Shown here piece by piece: positions 49,480-59,967 of a stretch of 64,000 nucleotides of DNA. The DNA lies in NCBI GenBank assembly GCA_963706365.1, contig OY970150.1:293364-357363 (forward strand). The letters run 5' to 3'. The notes beneath the pieces are model-generated. The model saw only the letters and a program-made list of their open reading frames with translations, did not search any database and was not told where the DNA came from. The DNA is from an uncultured Alphaproteobacteria bacterium (lineage in GTDB: Bacteria > Pseudomonadota > Alphaproteobacteria > JAJTHO01 > G963706365). Both the position numbers and the translations under genes were made by a program. How positions within the stretch are numbered: the stretch's first letter is position 1; every line of letters begins with the position of its first letter.

Positions 49480-52380
49480 ATGCCTGACGAAAAGCCGAAT
49501 TATTCTGATACTATTTTATTGCCGCAAGATGTTTTTCCGCGGCGAGCCGGTTTAAATAAAAAAGAGCCAAAAATTTTAGAAGACTGGCAGGGGCTATACG
49601 AAAAAGCTAGAGCGCAGCGTGCTGATAAAGAAAAGTTTATTCTGCACTGGGGCCCTCCCTTCGCCAATGGCCATATTCATATGGGCACCGCTTTAAATGC
49701 AATTCTTAAAGATATGGTTTGCCGCGGGCAATGGCAGCTGGGCAAGGATACCCCCTTAATCCCCGGTTTTGATTGCCACGGTTTGCCTATTGAATGGAAA
49801 ATAGAGGAAAAGCATCGCAAGAAAAAACGTAAAAAAGAAGATATTCCCGTTGAAGCATTTCGCCAGGAATGTGAAGATTTTGCCCGCGAATGGGTGGGCG
49901 TGCAATCAACAGAATTTGCCAGATTAGGCGTTAATGCTGATTGGAAAAACCCTTATTTAACACTTCACAAACACGCCGAAGCAACCATTGCCCAAGAACT
50001 GCACGGATTCTTGAAAAAAGGGTTGATGTATCGCGGTTCAAAACCTGTGATGTGGAGTATTCCCGAGCAAACAGCCCTGGCCGAGGCTGAGGTGGAGTAT
50101 AAAGATTATACGAGCGACGCTTGTTATGTTGCTTTTCGTGTGGCTTTCGGACTTGAGACTACTGAACACAAGCTAGATGGAAATGTCTATATACCAATAT
50201 GGACTACTACTCCTTGGACTATTCCAGCAAACAGGGCAATTGGATATGGAGAGAATATTAATTATGTTATTGTCCAGGTTGGAAAGCACTTTCCTTCACT
50301 ACAAACTTTTGAATTAGGGGCTACAATTCCAATATTTGCTAGGCATTCAAATACTAATAATTATGTAATACTAGCAAAAGATTTGCACCTAGAATTTTTA
50401 GCAAGTGCAAGTTTTTACGATGCTGCAGATGAAGGACTTAATTCTCTTATTAAAGAGAACACAAATAAATCCATTGTATGGGAGGGTAAGGGTAAAGATT
50501 TAACCAGTATAGTTTGCAAACATCCGTTCAATAGTCATTGCAAAGATAGTAGCTATTTTAATTTTGAAATCCCCCTATTGTCCGGCGATTTTGTCACAAC
50601 TGAACAAGGCACTGGCTTTGTTCATCTGGCGCCCAACCATGGGGAAGATGATTACAACCTTTGTAAAACACATGGTATTTCTTCTGATGAAACTGTTACG
50701 GCAGAAGGAAAATATACAGAAGAAATGCCGTTGTTTGGCGGGCAGCCTTTGTATTATTTTGATAGTAAGGGTAAAGTTAGTAAAAAACATGCCAATCAAT
50801 TGGTATTAGCTGAATTGGAAAAGACTGGAGCTTTATTAGCTCATAAACCATTTCAACACTCTTACCCCCACTCGTGGCGCTCTGGCGCACCGGTTATTTT
50901 CCGCGCTACGCCACAATGGTTTATTAGCATTGACCCCATTCGCGAAAAGGCGATGCAGGCGATTGCTGAAGTGCAGTGGATTCCTGAGCGTGGTGCGGCG
51001 CGTATTGGCAGTATGGTAAAAAACCGCGGCGATTGGTGTATTTCAAGACAACGTTCCTGGGGGGTACCGGTGGCTATTTTTGTGCATAAAGATACCAAGG
51101 AACCATTGGTTGATGAAACAGTTTTAAATCGCATCGTTGAAACCTTTGAAAACGAAGGTGCCAGTAGCTGGTATACAAAGCCAGATAGCTATTTTTTAGG
51201 TGAGGCACATAACGCCGAGGAATACGAAAAAATAACCGATATTGTTGATGTCTGGTTTGAATCAGGCTCAACACACCGTTTTGTTTTAGGAGGCAAACAG
51301 GCTGACATGTATCTGGAAGGTTCCGATCAACATCGTGGCTGGTTCCAATCCAGTTTGCTGGTCGGGGTCGGGGGGCACGATCAGGTGCCCTATAAAAGCG
51401 TGCTAACGCATGGCTTTGTGCTGGATGAAAAAGGCTATAAAATGTCTAAATCGGTAGGTAACGTTATTTCGCCCATGGACATGGCCAATAAATATGGTGC
51501 CGATATCATTCGCCTTTGGGTAGCGATGAGCGACTATACCAATGATGTGCGTATTGGTGACAGTATCTTAAAAGGTGTTAGTGATGTGTATCGTCGCATA
51601 CGTGGAACGTTCTGGTTTCTATTGGGGAATTTAGGGGAAAATAAGGCAGTAATACAACCTAGTATGGACTTATTAGATCAATATATTTTACACCGTCTTA
51701 CTGAAATTGATAGCATTGTTAGTGCGTGTATTGAAAATTTTGACTATTTAAGGCTCACTAACGAATTGCATAACTTTTGTAATAATGAGTTATCTTCGCT
51801 TTATTTTGATATTAATAAAGACAATCTTTATTGTAATGCTACTGATAGCGCGGAACGGCAGGGGTGCTTATATGTGCTGGAACAAATTTATAACTGCCTG
51901 TGTCACTGGTTTGCACCGATTTTGGCGTTTACTACCGAAGAAGCCTGGCTTTTGAGGAATGAAGATAGTGTTCATTTATCCTCTTTACCAACTTTGCCGA
52001 ATGACTGGCACAACACGGCGGTTGTAGCGCAAATACAACATCTGCTAAACATCCGTAAGGTTGTAACCGGTGCACTGGAAAAACAACGCCAGGATAAAGA
52101 AATTGGTTCTTCTTTAGAAGCCAATCCCGTTGTCTATATCACTGATTCAGCGGTTTATGACGCAACAAAAAACGTAAAAATGGCAGATTTTTGTATTGTT
52201 TCAGGTATTAATATGCAAAAGGTTGAAATGTTGCCAGAAAACCTGTTTCAAGTAAAAGAAGTGACTGGAATCGCTGTAGAATTTCAACGTTCCAAACATG
52301 AAAAATGTCAACGCTGCTGGAAATACAGAGCGCCCCAAAACAGCGATCTTTGCCAGCGTTGTGAAAATGTGTTAAATTGA
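49480..52380 (+). CDS. ileS: Isoleucine--tRNA ligase (type 1)
   Basis: 'GPPFANGHIHMG', 'WTTTPWT', 'WCISRQR', 'EGSDQHRGWF', KMSKS, C-terminal CQRC/CQRC zinc finger. Confidence 0.97.
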   Translation: MPDEKPNYSDTILLPQDVFPRRAGLNKKEPKILEDWQGLYEKARAQRADKEKFILHWGPPFANGHIHMGTALNAILKDMVCRGQWQLGKDTPLIPGFDCHGLPIEWKIEEKHRKKKRKKEDIPVEAFRQECEDFAREWVGVQSTEFARLGVNADWKNPYLTLHKHAEATIAQELHGFLKKGLMYRGSKPVMWSIPEQTALAEAEVEYKDYTSDACYVAFRVAFGLETTEHKLDGNVYIPIWTTTPWTIPANRAIGYGENINYVIVQVGKHFPSLQTFELGATIPIFARHSNTNNYVILAKDLHLEFLASASFYDAADEGLNSLIKENTNKSIVWEGKGKDLTSIVCKHPFNSHCKDSSYFNFEIPLLSGDFVTTEQGTGFVHLAPNHGEDDYNLCKTHGISSDETVTAEGKYTEEMPLFGGQPLYYFDSKGKVSKKHANQLVLAELEKTGALLAHKPFQHSYPHSWRSGAPVIFRATPQWFISIDPIREKAMQAIAEVQWIPERGAARIGSMVKNRGDWCISRQRSWGVPVAIFVHKDTKEPLVDETVLNRIVETFENEGASSWYTKPDSYFLGEAHNAEEYEKITDIVDVWFESGSTHRFVLGGKQADMYLEGSDQHRGWFQSSLLVGVGGHDQVPYKSVLTHGFVLDEKGYKMSKSVGNVISPMDMANKYGADIIRLWVAMSDYTNDVRIGDSILKGVSDVYRRIRGTFWFLLGNLGENKAVIQPSMDLLDQYILHRLTEIDSIVSACIENFDYLRLTNELHNFCNNELSSLYFDINKDNLYCNATDSAERQGCLYVLEQIYNCLCHWFAPILAFTTEEAWLLRNEDSVHLSSLPTLPNDWHNTAVVAQIQHLLNIRKVVTGALEKQRQDKEIGSSLEANPVVYITDSAVYDATKNVKMADFCIVSGINMQKVEMLPENLFQVKEVTGIAVEFQRSKHEKCQRCWKYRAPQNSDLCQRCENVLN

Positions 52381-52384
52381 AATT

Positions 52385-53026
52385 GTGTCATTTTTAAATA
52401 AAGAACTAAAATACGATGCCAATATTCGGTTGCGGCCGTTAACAGAAGAAGATAATCCGGCGCATTATCTTTATTTTCCCTTTGCTTATCAGGAAGGTGG
52501 CAAAAGCTATACTGTATTGGCACAAGATGTAGAGCAACTAAAACGCAGTTTTTGGTCGCCTTACAGTTTCCTGATTGCCCCTGCCCTTATTATGGCGGCA
52601 CTGGCTTTATTTATTGGGCGAGGCAACTGGTTTATTATTATTTTGGCGGCGCTAATTGGTTTATATTTGGGGTATAAGTTGTTTGAAACACACCGCCGGC
52701 AGATGGTGAAAATAACCGAAACATTAGAAAAACAGCCCTATATTTTAACCAAAGAACGTTACGACATGGAAATGGCCTTGCAGACAAGTGTCTTTTACTT
52801 GTGGATGAAGCTATTTTTCTGGAGCTTTTTATTGCTGTTTATGTTTACCACCCTGCCTAATGTTGTCTTGGGATACTTAATGCCGTTAATATATTTTGCT
52901 GGTCTAAGTATCGGTATTGTAAAAATTTCTAATACTTGGCGGTTAATAAAACTAAGGAATAAAGCAACCGGTGATGAAGTTGGCGATATTGCCAGCTTGC
53001 CTACTGAAAACAATGTCGCAGCATAG
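52385..53026 (+). CDS. Hypothetical four-TM membrane protein (paralogue 1)
   Basis: Shares 'LYFP[FY]...GGK.Y' and 'TK.RY..E.A.Q.S' with the next ORF. Confidence 0.75.
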   Translation: MSFLNKELKYDANIRLRPLTEEDNPAHYLYFPFAYQEGGKSYTVLAQDVEQLKRSFWSPYSFLIAPALIMAALALFIGRGNWFIIILAALIGLYLGYKLFETHRRQMVKITETLEKQPYILTKERYDMEMALQTSVFYLWMKLFFWSFLLLFMFTTLPNVVLGYLMPLIYFAGLSIGIVKISNTWRLIKLRNKATGDEVGDIASLPTENNVAA

Positions 53027-53684
53027 CCGCAAAGCCTATCGTATTCGTATGCGCCCTACTCGCCAGGGGGAATTTTTGTATTTTCCTTATGGCTGGAAAA
53101 AAGGTGGCAAGGGGTACCTGTTGAGCCGTAGCCAGAAACAGCGGCTGGAATACCCTGCCCTGCATAGATATGACACGCCGTTGCTGGTGTTGGCGATTGG
53201 TTCTTGCTTCTTGCCGTTTGTTATCGGGCTAATAGGTATTATACCGATGCTGGGGTTTACTGCCCTTTGGTATTATTTAATTCAACGCAGGCAGGAAAGA
53301 CGACAACAGCAGCTTTTACAGGAATGGCGCCCTGCCCCGCTTAAAATGACCAAGGCACGTTATCAACTGGAATATGCCAGCCAGTTTTCTTTCAAAATAT
53401 TAACAGTTGTTGGTATAGGCCTGTTTACGCTGGCGTTGATAGCAGTTGTACAAATTGTGCACCATTTATTCACAGGGCAATTCGGCAGTGGTACGGCTTT
53501 GGCGGTTATTATTTTATTCCTAGCAGTAGCTATGCTAACTGCTTTTTTAAAAACCTATACACTGAAAAAAGTTGCCTTCAGAACCAGTGTCATGGCGGGG
53601 GATCCAGCCGATTGCCCTATTCCCGAAGTTGACTGGCGACCGAAGGTAGAAGGTGAAGGTGGTGAGGGTGAGCCTTTAAAGTAG
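53013..53684 (+). CDS. Hypothetical four-TM membrane protein (paralogue 2)
   Basis: Same motifs as the upstream ORF; ATG at 53013 overlaps its end. Confidence 0.75.
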   Translation: MSQHSRKAYRIRMRPTRQGEFLYFPYGWKKGGKGYLLSRSQKQRLEYPALHRYDTPLLVLAIGSCFLPFVIGLIGIIPMLGFTALWYYLIQRRQERRQQQLLQEWRPAPLKMTKARYQLEYASQFSFKILTVVGIGLFTLALIAVVQIVHHLFTGQFGSGTALAVIILFLAVAMLTAFLKTYTLKKVAFRTSVMAGDPADCPIPEVDWRPKVEGEGGEGEPLK

Positions 53685-53698
53685 TGTATAGTGATTCC

Positions 53699-54559
53699 CT
53701 AAACCTCTGCAATATAGGTATAATTGCAAAACTCACAGTTAATAGACACTTTGCCATCTTCCGCAATAGAATCAATTTCATTTTTAGGAATTGTATCTAG
53801 CACTTGCTGAAACTTTGTATCATCGCATCGGCAGGAAACTTGTAAGGGGCGTTGATCTTCTAATATCACGCCTTCCTCATGGAACAGGCGGTATACCAGT
53901 TCAGCCGGCGGTAGGTTCACATCAAGCATTTCTTTTACTGTTAAGGTTTCCGCCAATATTTTTGTGCGATTCCAGTCTTCTAACTCGTCGTTTGCGGCGG
54001 CGGCTTCTGGCATTTTTTGTAGAATGAGGGCGGCCGCTTTGCCTTTATCATGGGCGATTATTGTATGGGCGGGAATTTGTTCGGAATTAGAAAAATAAGC
54101 GGTAATACAATCAGCTAGCGTTTCTTTTTCGAGCGGAACAATACCTTGATACGGCTTTTGCACGCTTCCTTTATGAACGGTAAACGATAGATATCCCTTG
54201 CCAATCAAGTCTTGCAAGCTGGCGTTGGCGGGGATAGTTTCCTCAAACCGGGCATAGCCGCGCACGCCGCCACCATCTTTCTCATCAACGTGGCTGATAA
54301 TATCGCACACCAACATGGGCATCAGGCCATCACCATTTATTTGCAAGGTAAACAGGCCGTCATACTTTAAAAAACTAGCTAATACACTGGTTAAAGCTAA
54401 CGATTCCCCCAATATTTTCCGAATAACGGGGGGGTATTGCCGAAAACCAATAATTTTTTCAATGATATGATCAAGCCGCACAAAGCGACCGCGCACGGGG
54501 GCATTTTTTAGGTAAAAAACCTGTACACTGTCATTGCCGGATTCAATATTTAAAGACAT
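53699..54559 (-). CDS. hslO: Hsp33 redox-regulated chaperone
   Basis: 'VRGRFVRL', 'YQGIVPL', 'YFSNSEQIP', CRC...CEFC. Confidence 0.95.
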   Translation of the reverse strand: MSLNIESGNDSVQVFYLKNAPVRGRFVRLDHIIEKIIGFRQYPPVIRKILGESLALTSVLASFLKYDGLFTLQINGDGLMPMLVCDIISHVDEKDGGGVRGYARFEETIPANASLQDLIGKGYLSFTVHKGSVQKPYQGIVPLEKETLADCITAYFSNSEQIPAHTIIAHDKGKAAALILQKMPEAAAANDELEDWNRTKILAETLTVKEMLDVNLPPAELVYRLFHEEGVILEDQRPLQVSCRCDDTKFQQVLDTIPKNEIDSIAEDGKVSINCEFCNYTYIAEV

Positions 54560-54606
54560 TGCAACAAAACATAGCTTCCTTTGACGGAATTGTAAACGCA
54601 GGCTAA

Positions 54607-54954
<348 letters not shown>

Positions 54955-54969
54955 GTGACTGGTTCTTTG

Positions 54970-55012
54970 AGCCTGTTCATAATCTTTGGGGTAAGCCCTA
55001 AAGCAGGTTCAA
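54970..55012. terminator. Stem-loop between convergent glnB and sulP
   Basis: TTGAGCCTG...CAGGTTCAA outer arms with an inner TTTGGGG-TAAG-CCCTAAA hairpin. Confidence 0.45.
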
Positions 55013-55019
55013 TACTCGT

Positions 55020-56540
55020 TTACCCTACATAGCTTCTATCCATTACAATCTGATAATGCGGGTCGGTGTCTTCATCCTGTTCAATCAGCGTGCCAGCTTT
55101 TTTAAGTAATGTGCGACAATCAGGGCTTAGATGTCTTAGCTTTAGCGTTTTACCAGCCTTTTGATAGCGTTCTGCCAGGGCATCTATGGCATCTAGTGCG
55201 GAATGATCCCAAACCCGGGAGAATTTAAAATCCAGAATAACTGTTTCCGGGTCGTCTTGTGGTTCAAACAAGTTTTTGAATGTATTGATGGAACCAAAAA
55301 ATAATTGACCATGCAGAATGTAAATACGACGATTATCGTCAGAATGGTCTTTATGCACTTCTAAATATAAATGCCGGGCACTTTCCCAGGCAAAAACCAG
55401 TGCAGCGATAACAACACCCACTAAAACGGCAATGGCCAGATCAGCAAAGACAGTGACCACAGAAACCGCAACTAAAACAAATGCATCGCTCTTGCGCATT
55501 TTTCCCAACAAGCGAAAGCTTGTCCATTCAAAGGTAGAAATAACCACCATAAACATCACGCCAATAAGCGCAGCCACTGGTATTAGTTCAATGAGGCCTG
55601 AGCCAAATAGAATAAAGCTTAGCAAAAATAGTGCTGCGGCAATACCGGAAAGCCTGCCCCGGCCACCGGAATTAACGTTAATAATACTTTGACCGATCAT
55701 TGCACAGCCGCCCATGCCGCCAAAGAAACCAGTAACAATATTGGCCAAGCCTTGTGCTCGACACTCTTTACTATTACGACCTTGTGTTTCCGTCATTTCG
55801 TCAACTACGGTAAGAGTTAATAATGACTCAATAAGGCCGATTGCAGCAAGTATCACGGCATAAGGAAAAATAATCCATAAGGTTTCTAAAGTGAGTGGTA
55901 CATAAGGAATGCTAAATTTTGGTAATCCACCGGCAATACTGGCCATATCGCCCACTGTCTTAGTGTTCAGCCCGCCATAAATAACAGCGAGTGAAACAGC
56001 GACAATGGCGACTAAGGCAGAGGGTACTTTTTTTGTTATTTTGGGTAGGAAATGCATAATACCCATGGTTGCGGCAATTAGTGCCAACATGATGGTAAGG
56101 GAGGCATTGTCCATCCATGCGCCGCTGCTGGTTTTAAACTGTTCCAGTTGCGCCAAAAAAATTACAATGGCCAAACCGTTTACAAAACCCAGCATAACAG
56201 GGTAAGGTACCAGTCGAATAAATTTTCCCAGTTTAAAAACCCCGGCCGTATATTGAATGATCCCCATTAAAACGACTGTGGCAAAAAGATATTCAACACC
56301 ATGATCTTTTACCAATGCAACCATCACTACGGCTAGTGCGCCGGTAGCGCCTGAAATCATCCCCGGTCGGCCACCAAAAACAGCGGTAATGAGCCCCACA
56401 AGAAATGCAGCATATAAACCAACTAAGGGTTCAACTTTTGCCACTAAGGCAAATGCCACGGCCTCTGGCACCAAGGCTAAAGCGACAGTAAGGCCTGATA
56501 AAATATCATTTTTTGGGTTTCTTGAAAAATCAGATAACAT
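55020..56540 (-). CDS. SulP-family anion transporter with STAS domain
   Basis: 'GLTVALALVPEAVAF', 'GRPGMISGATGA', 'GGCAMIGQS', 'GQLFFGS'. Confidence 0.95.
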   Translation of the reverse strand: MLSDFSRNPKNDILSGLTVALALVPEAVAFALVAKVEPLVGLYAAFLVGLITAVFGGRPGMISGATGALAVVMVALVKDHGVEYLFATVVLMGIIQYTAGVFKLGKFIRLVPYPVMLGFVNGLAIVIFLAQLEQFKTSSGAWMDNASLTIMLALIAATMGIMHFLPKITKKVPSALVAIVAVSLAVIYGGLNTKTVGDMASIAGGLPKFSIPYVPLTLETLWIIFPYAVILAAIGLIESLLTLTVVDEMTETQGRNSKECRAQGLANIVTGFFGGMGGCAMIGQSIINVNSGGRGRLSGIAAALFLLSFILFGSGLIELIPVAALIGVMFMVVISTFEWTSFRLLGKMRKSDAFVLVAVSVVTVFADLAIAVLVGVVIAALVFAWESARHLYLEVHKDHSDDNRRIYILHGQLFFGSINTFKNLFEPQDDPETVILDFKFSRVWDHSALDAIDALAERYQKAGKTLKLRHLSPDCRTLLKKAGTLIEQDEDTDPHYQIVMDRSYVG

Positions 56541-56795
56541 ACGCCCCTATTACGGTGTATTTTTTGAAGTGCAACCCGTAATTATATGTTTTTATAAAGT
56601 GTTACATGAAGAACCAGTCACTAGAAATAAAATATAGCTAAGTCTGTACATTTATATCAGAATATTATGCCTGGCTTGGCCGTGTTTAAATAATATATAA
56701 TTTAAAAAAATATATTAGTAAATCAATGTTTTGTCGCCCTGAACAACGTGAAAGATCTTTATTTTCAACAACGCCTAGTTCTCTGACTGGCTTAA

Positions 56796-59700
56796 TTAAG
56801 CCTCTTCGAACAGCAATTCAATATCGGCTGCGGTTAGCTGCCCGGCTTCCTTGGCACTTTCGTTGTAAATACCATCAGCAATCGCCTGCTTGCGTTCTTG
56901 CAGGGCTAGAATTTTTTCTTCTACAGTGTCTTTTGCCACCAGTTTATAAACAAATACAGGTTTATCCTGGCCAATTCGGTGGGCACGGTCAGTGGCCTGG
57001 TTTTCGGTGGCGGGGTTCCACCAGGGGTCGTAGTGAATAACCGTGTCGGCGGCAGTTAGGTTTAAACCGGTTCCACCAGCCTTTAAGCTGATCAAAAACA
57101 GGGGCACTTTCCCATCCTGAAATTCCTGAATGGGGGTGGCTCGATCTTTTGTTTGGCCGGTTAGTTTAACATAGCCAATATTTTTCTTTTGCAACCGCAA
57201 CTCAATTAACTTTAGCATTTCTGTAAATTGTGAAAATAACAGAATTTTACGGCCTTCTTCGATTAATTCTGTTAGCATGTCCATTAGCTGTTCCAGCTTT
57301 GCAGATTCAATATTACCTGCCAGTTCTTTATCTTTTAGCAAAGCGGGGGCGCAACAAACTTGGCGTAACTTTAACAATGCTTCCAGCACAACAATATGGC
57401 TGCGGTTAAAACCTTTGCTGGCGATGGCCGATTGCACTTTGTCGTGCATCGCCAGGCGAATGGTTTCGTATAAATCACGCTGTTGCTTTTCCAGTTCGCA
57501 ACGGCGAATAATTTCTGTTTTGGGTGGTAATTCTTTTGCCACTAAATCCTTGGTACGGCGCAGCATAAACGGCTTTAATTTTTGTGCCAAGGCGCGTTGC
57601 CGTTCTTCATCACCGCCTTTTTCAATAGGGTTACGATAAAAACTGTTAAATTCTTTCTGGCTTTTTAAAACGCCGGGCATTAAAAAGTTAAACAGTGACC
57701 ACAATTCACCTAAGTGGTTTTCTAAAGGGGTACCTGATAAACAAAAACGATGCTCGGAACGTAATTGACAGGCAATGGCGTTTACTTTGGATTTACTGTT
57801 TTTTATATACTGCGCTTCATCCAGAATAACTGTGTGATATTCATGGCTTAATAGCTCTTCTTTATCGCGGGGTAACAGGGCATAAGTTGTTAAAACAACG
57901 TCTGCCTTGGTAATGTCGCGGAATCTTTTTTTACGGTTATAACCATGTAATAAAAGAACATTTAAAACCGGGCAAAACTTGGCGGCTTCGTTTTGCCAGT
58001 TAAACATTAATGATGTAGGTGCAATAACCAGAATGGGTTTTGTTAATCGGCCTTCTGCCTTTTCTGTGGCAATGTACGCCAGTGTTTGCAATGTTTTCCC
58101 TAGCCCCATATCATCAGCCAGAATACCAGCCAGGCCGTATTCTTTTAGAAACTGCAACCAGTTTAAACCATCTTGCTGATAATGGCGTAACTCACCTTTC
58201 AAAATATCGGGCACAGGTACTTCTTGTACGCCTTCAAAATTTTGCAATTTTTTACCCAGCTGCGCCAGTTTACTATCCCCAAACCAGCGCATACCCAGGG
58301 CTTCGGAAGCTTGTTGCAGCTCGATAAAATCCGCCGCATCGTAACGGCTTAAGCTTACGTTTCCTTCACTGTTGTAAAGATTTTTCAGCATTTTCAGGAT
58401 GGGGGTAATGCGGTCAACTGGCAAACGGATTAAACGGTTATCTTTAATGGGAACAACCAGATTTTCACGCTCCTCCAAATCTTCAAAAATGTTTTCATTG
58501 CTTTGCAGAATTTTTAGAAGAATGGGTAGTAAGTTTAGGCGTTCGCCATCAATTTCTATGCCCAAAGACATATCAAACCAATGGCCGTTGCTTTCTTCGG
58601 TGTCTAGTTCACCAAACCAGTCGGTATCATCGCTAACCAGTTGGTGCGGGAAATCTGGCTGAATACTGATATGCCAGCCTTCCTGTTTTAAAACAGGTAA
58701 AACATCATCTTGAAATTTAATCCAGGCATCGCGGCTGTTTTCTTCCAACAGGTTTGTATCAACTGGCGCGTCTACCGGAACGTTTTCATCCTGATAATTT
58801 ACTTTTTCCAGGGCAATATCAGGAAAGATAGCATTGGGTAATTGTGCGATGAATATGTTAGAAAAACCAGTTTCTGAAAACAGGTCAAAACCATGTTGTT
58901 GCAATGCGTTAATTGCTCTTTCTTCTGCTTCACGATTAATGCGTCGTACAATGACCTTGCCGTCTTCAAAAACTGTTTGTTCTTCGTCTTGATGAGCGGG
59001 GTCATAGGGCACGAATCGGCTGCCATAGGCAAAGGAAAGATAGGCTAAAGCTTGTTTTTCAGCATTATAAATGAATCTCAAATGGCGCTTGGGCTCTATA
59101 ATACTAGATGAAAGAACAAGTTGTGGAATAGGATTGACCATCCCTTCATGCACCACTTCCAGGCCTTCTGGCTTTGGAATGGTAAAATCTTTTGTATCCA
59201 GTGATTCTAGTTCACCTAAAAAGGTGGGAATTTGCTGTGGCTTTACAGCGGGTCTCGTTAATAAATCATGCAGCAATGGGTGCGGAATTGTTGATTCTGC
59301 TGCCCCTAGTAAATTTTCAACAGGGTCTAAAACATACAGTGTTCCAGATCCAGGTAAGCAAAACAAAGGGGTGTCTTCGGTATCATTCAAATAAAAACTT
59401 TGACAGCCTTGCTCGTCCGTTTCCCATTCCGACACAACGTCAATGGCTGTTTCCGACCATTTTAATGGTTTGTTATTATAGTAAACGCGCTTTGTTTTCA
59501 TTAAGCGCGCAAGAAATTTGCCGTGATCAATAGTTTCAAGGCTTTGTAGTGCCTCGATATTATCGCGCCCACCCAGCATTTTGGCCAACGCAACATCATT
59601 TGTTTTAATAAATTCCGGCGGGTTGTAACGACACAGCATTTCGGGGGTATAATCTGTCGTGGTGGCCGGTTTTTTCAGGGCAACGGCCTGAATGTGTAGT

Positions 59701-59825
59701 TTTAAAAACTTGGGGTTTTGGGCATCAGGCTGGAAGGTGTAACGTATTTCACGATTGTCAGATTTCTGCTGTGCTTTTTTTTGCAATTTTGATTGCAGCC
59801 AATCTTCAGAATAATTCTTTAACAA
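56796..59825 (-). CDS. SNF2-family DEAD/DEAH helicase
   Basis: 'LADDMGLGKT', 'DEAQ', 'SGTPLEN', 'SLKAGGTGLNL', 'QATDRAHRIGQ'. Confidence 0.96.
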   Translation of the reverse strand: MLKNYSEDWLQSKLQKKAQQKSDNREIRYTFQPDAQNPKFLKLHIQAVALKKPATTTDYTPEMLCRYNPPEFIKTNDVALAKMLGGRDNIEALQSLETIDHGKFLARLMKTKRVYYNNKPLKWSETAIDVVSEWETDEQGCQSFYLNDTEDTPLFCLPGSGTLYVLDPVENLLGAAESTIPHPLLHDLLTRPAVKPQQIPTFLGELESLDTKDFTIPKPEGLEVVHEGMVNPIPQLVLSSSIIEPKRHLRFIYNAEKQALAYLSFAYGSRFVPYDPAHQDEEQTVFEDGKVIVRRINREAEERAINALQQHGFDLFSETGFSNIFIAQLPNAIFPDIALEKVNYQDENVPVDAPVDTNLLEENSRDAWIKFQDDVLPVLKQEGWHISIQPDFPHQLVSDDTDWFGELDTEESNGHWFDMSLGIEIDGERLNLLPILLKILQSNENIFEDLEERENLVVPIKDNRLIRLPVDRITPILKMLKNLYNSEGNVSLSRYDAADFIELQQASEALGMRWFGDSKLAQLGKKLQNFEGVQEVPVPDILKGELRHYQQDGLNWLQFLKEYGLAGILADDMGLGKTLQTLAYIATEKAEGRLTKPILVIAPTSLMFNWQNEAAKFCPVLNVLLLHGYNRKKRFRDITKADVVLTTYALLPRDKEELLSHEYHTVILDEAQYIKNSKSKVNAIACQLRSEHRFCLSGTPLENHLGELWSLFNFLMPGVLKSQKEFNSFYRNPIEKGGDEERQRALAQKLKPFMLRRTKDLVAKELPPKTEIIRRCELEKQQRDLYETIRLAMHDKVQSAIASKGFNRSHIVVLEALLKLRQVCCAPALLKDKELAGNIESAKLEQLMDMLTELIEEGRKILLFSQFTEMLKLIELRLQKKNIGYVKLTGQTKDRATPIQEFQDGKVPLFLISLKAGGTGLNLTAADTVIHYDPWWNPATENQATDRAHRIGQDKPVFVYKLVAKDTVEEKILALQERKQAIADGIYNESAKEAGQLTAADIELLFEEA

Positions 59826-59967
59826 ATGCCCTACCTTTGCCTATTGGTTTCAAATATGTCGCATCATCCTAATGGCAAGAAAACAAATTTATTTTTCTAC
59901 CCTACTTTACAAAAAGCGATACAGCATGAGAACATAGCACTATTCCACCATTTTAAAAGAAAAAACT

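Noticed and set aside
56796-59825. SNF2 helicase as part of a DISARM/Zorya-like defence system
   Set aside because: No partner genes nearby; it looks like the common stand-alone bacterial SNF2 in a housekeeping context.
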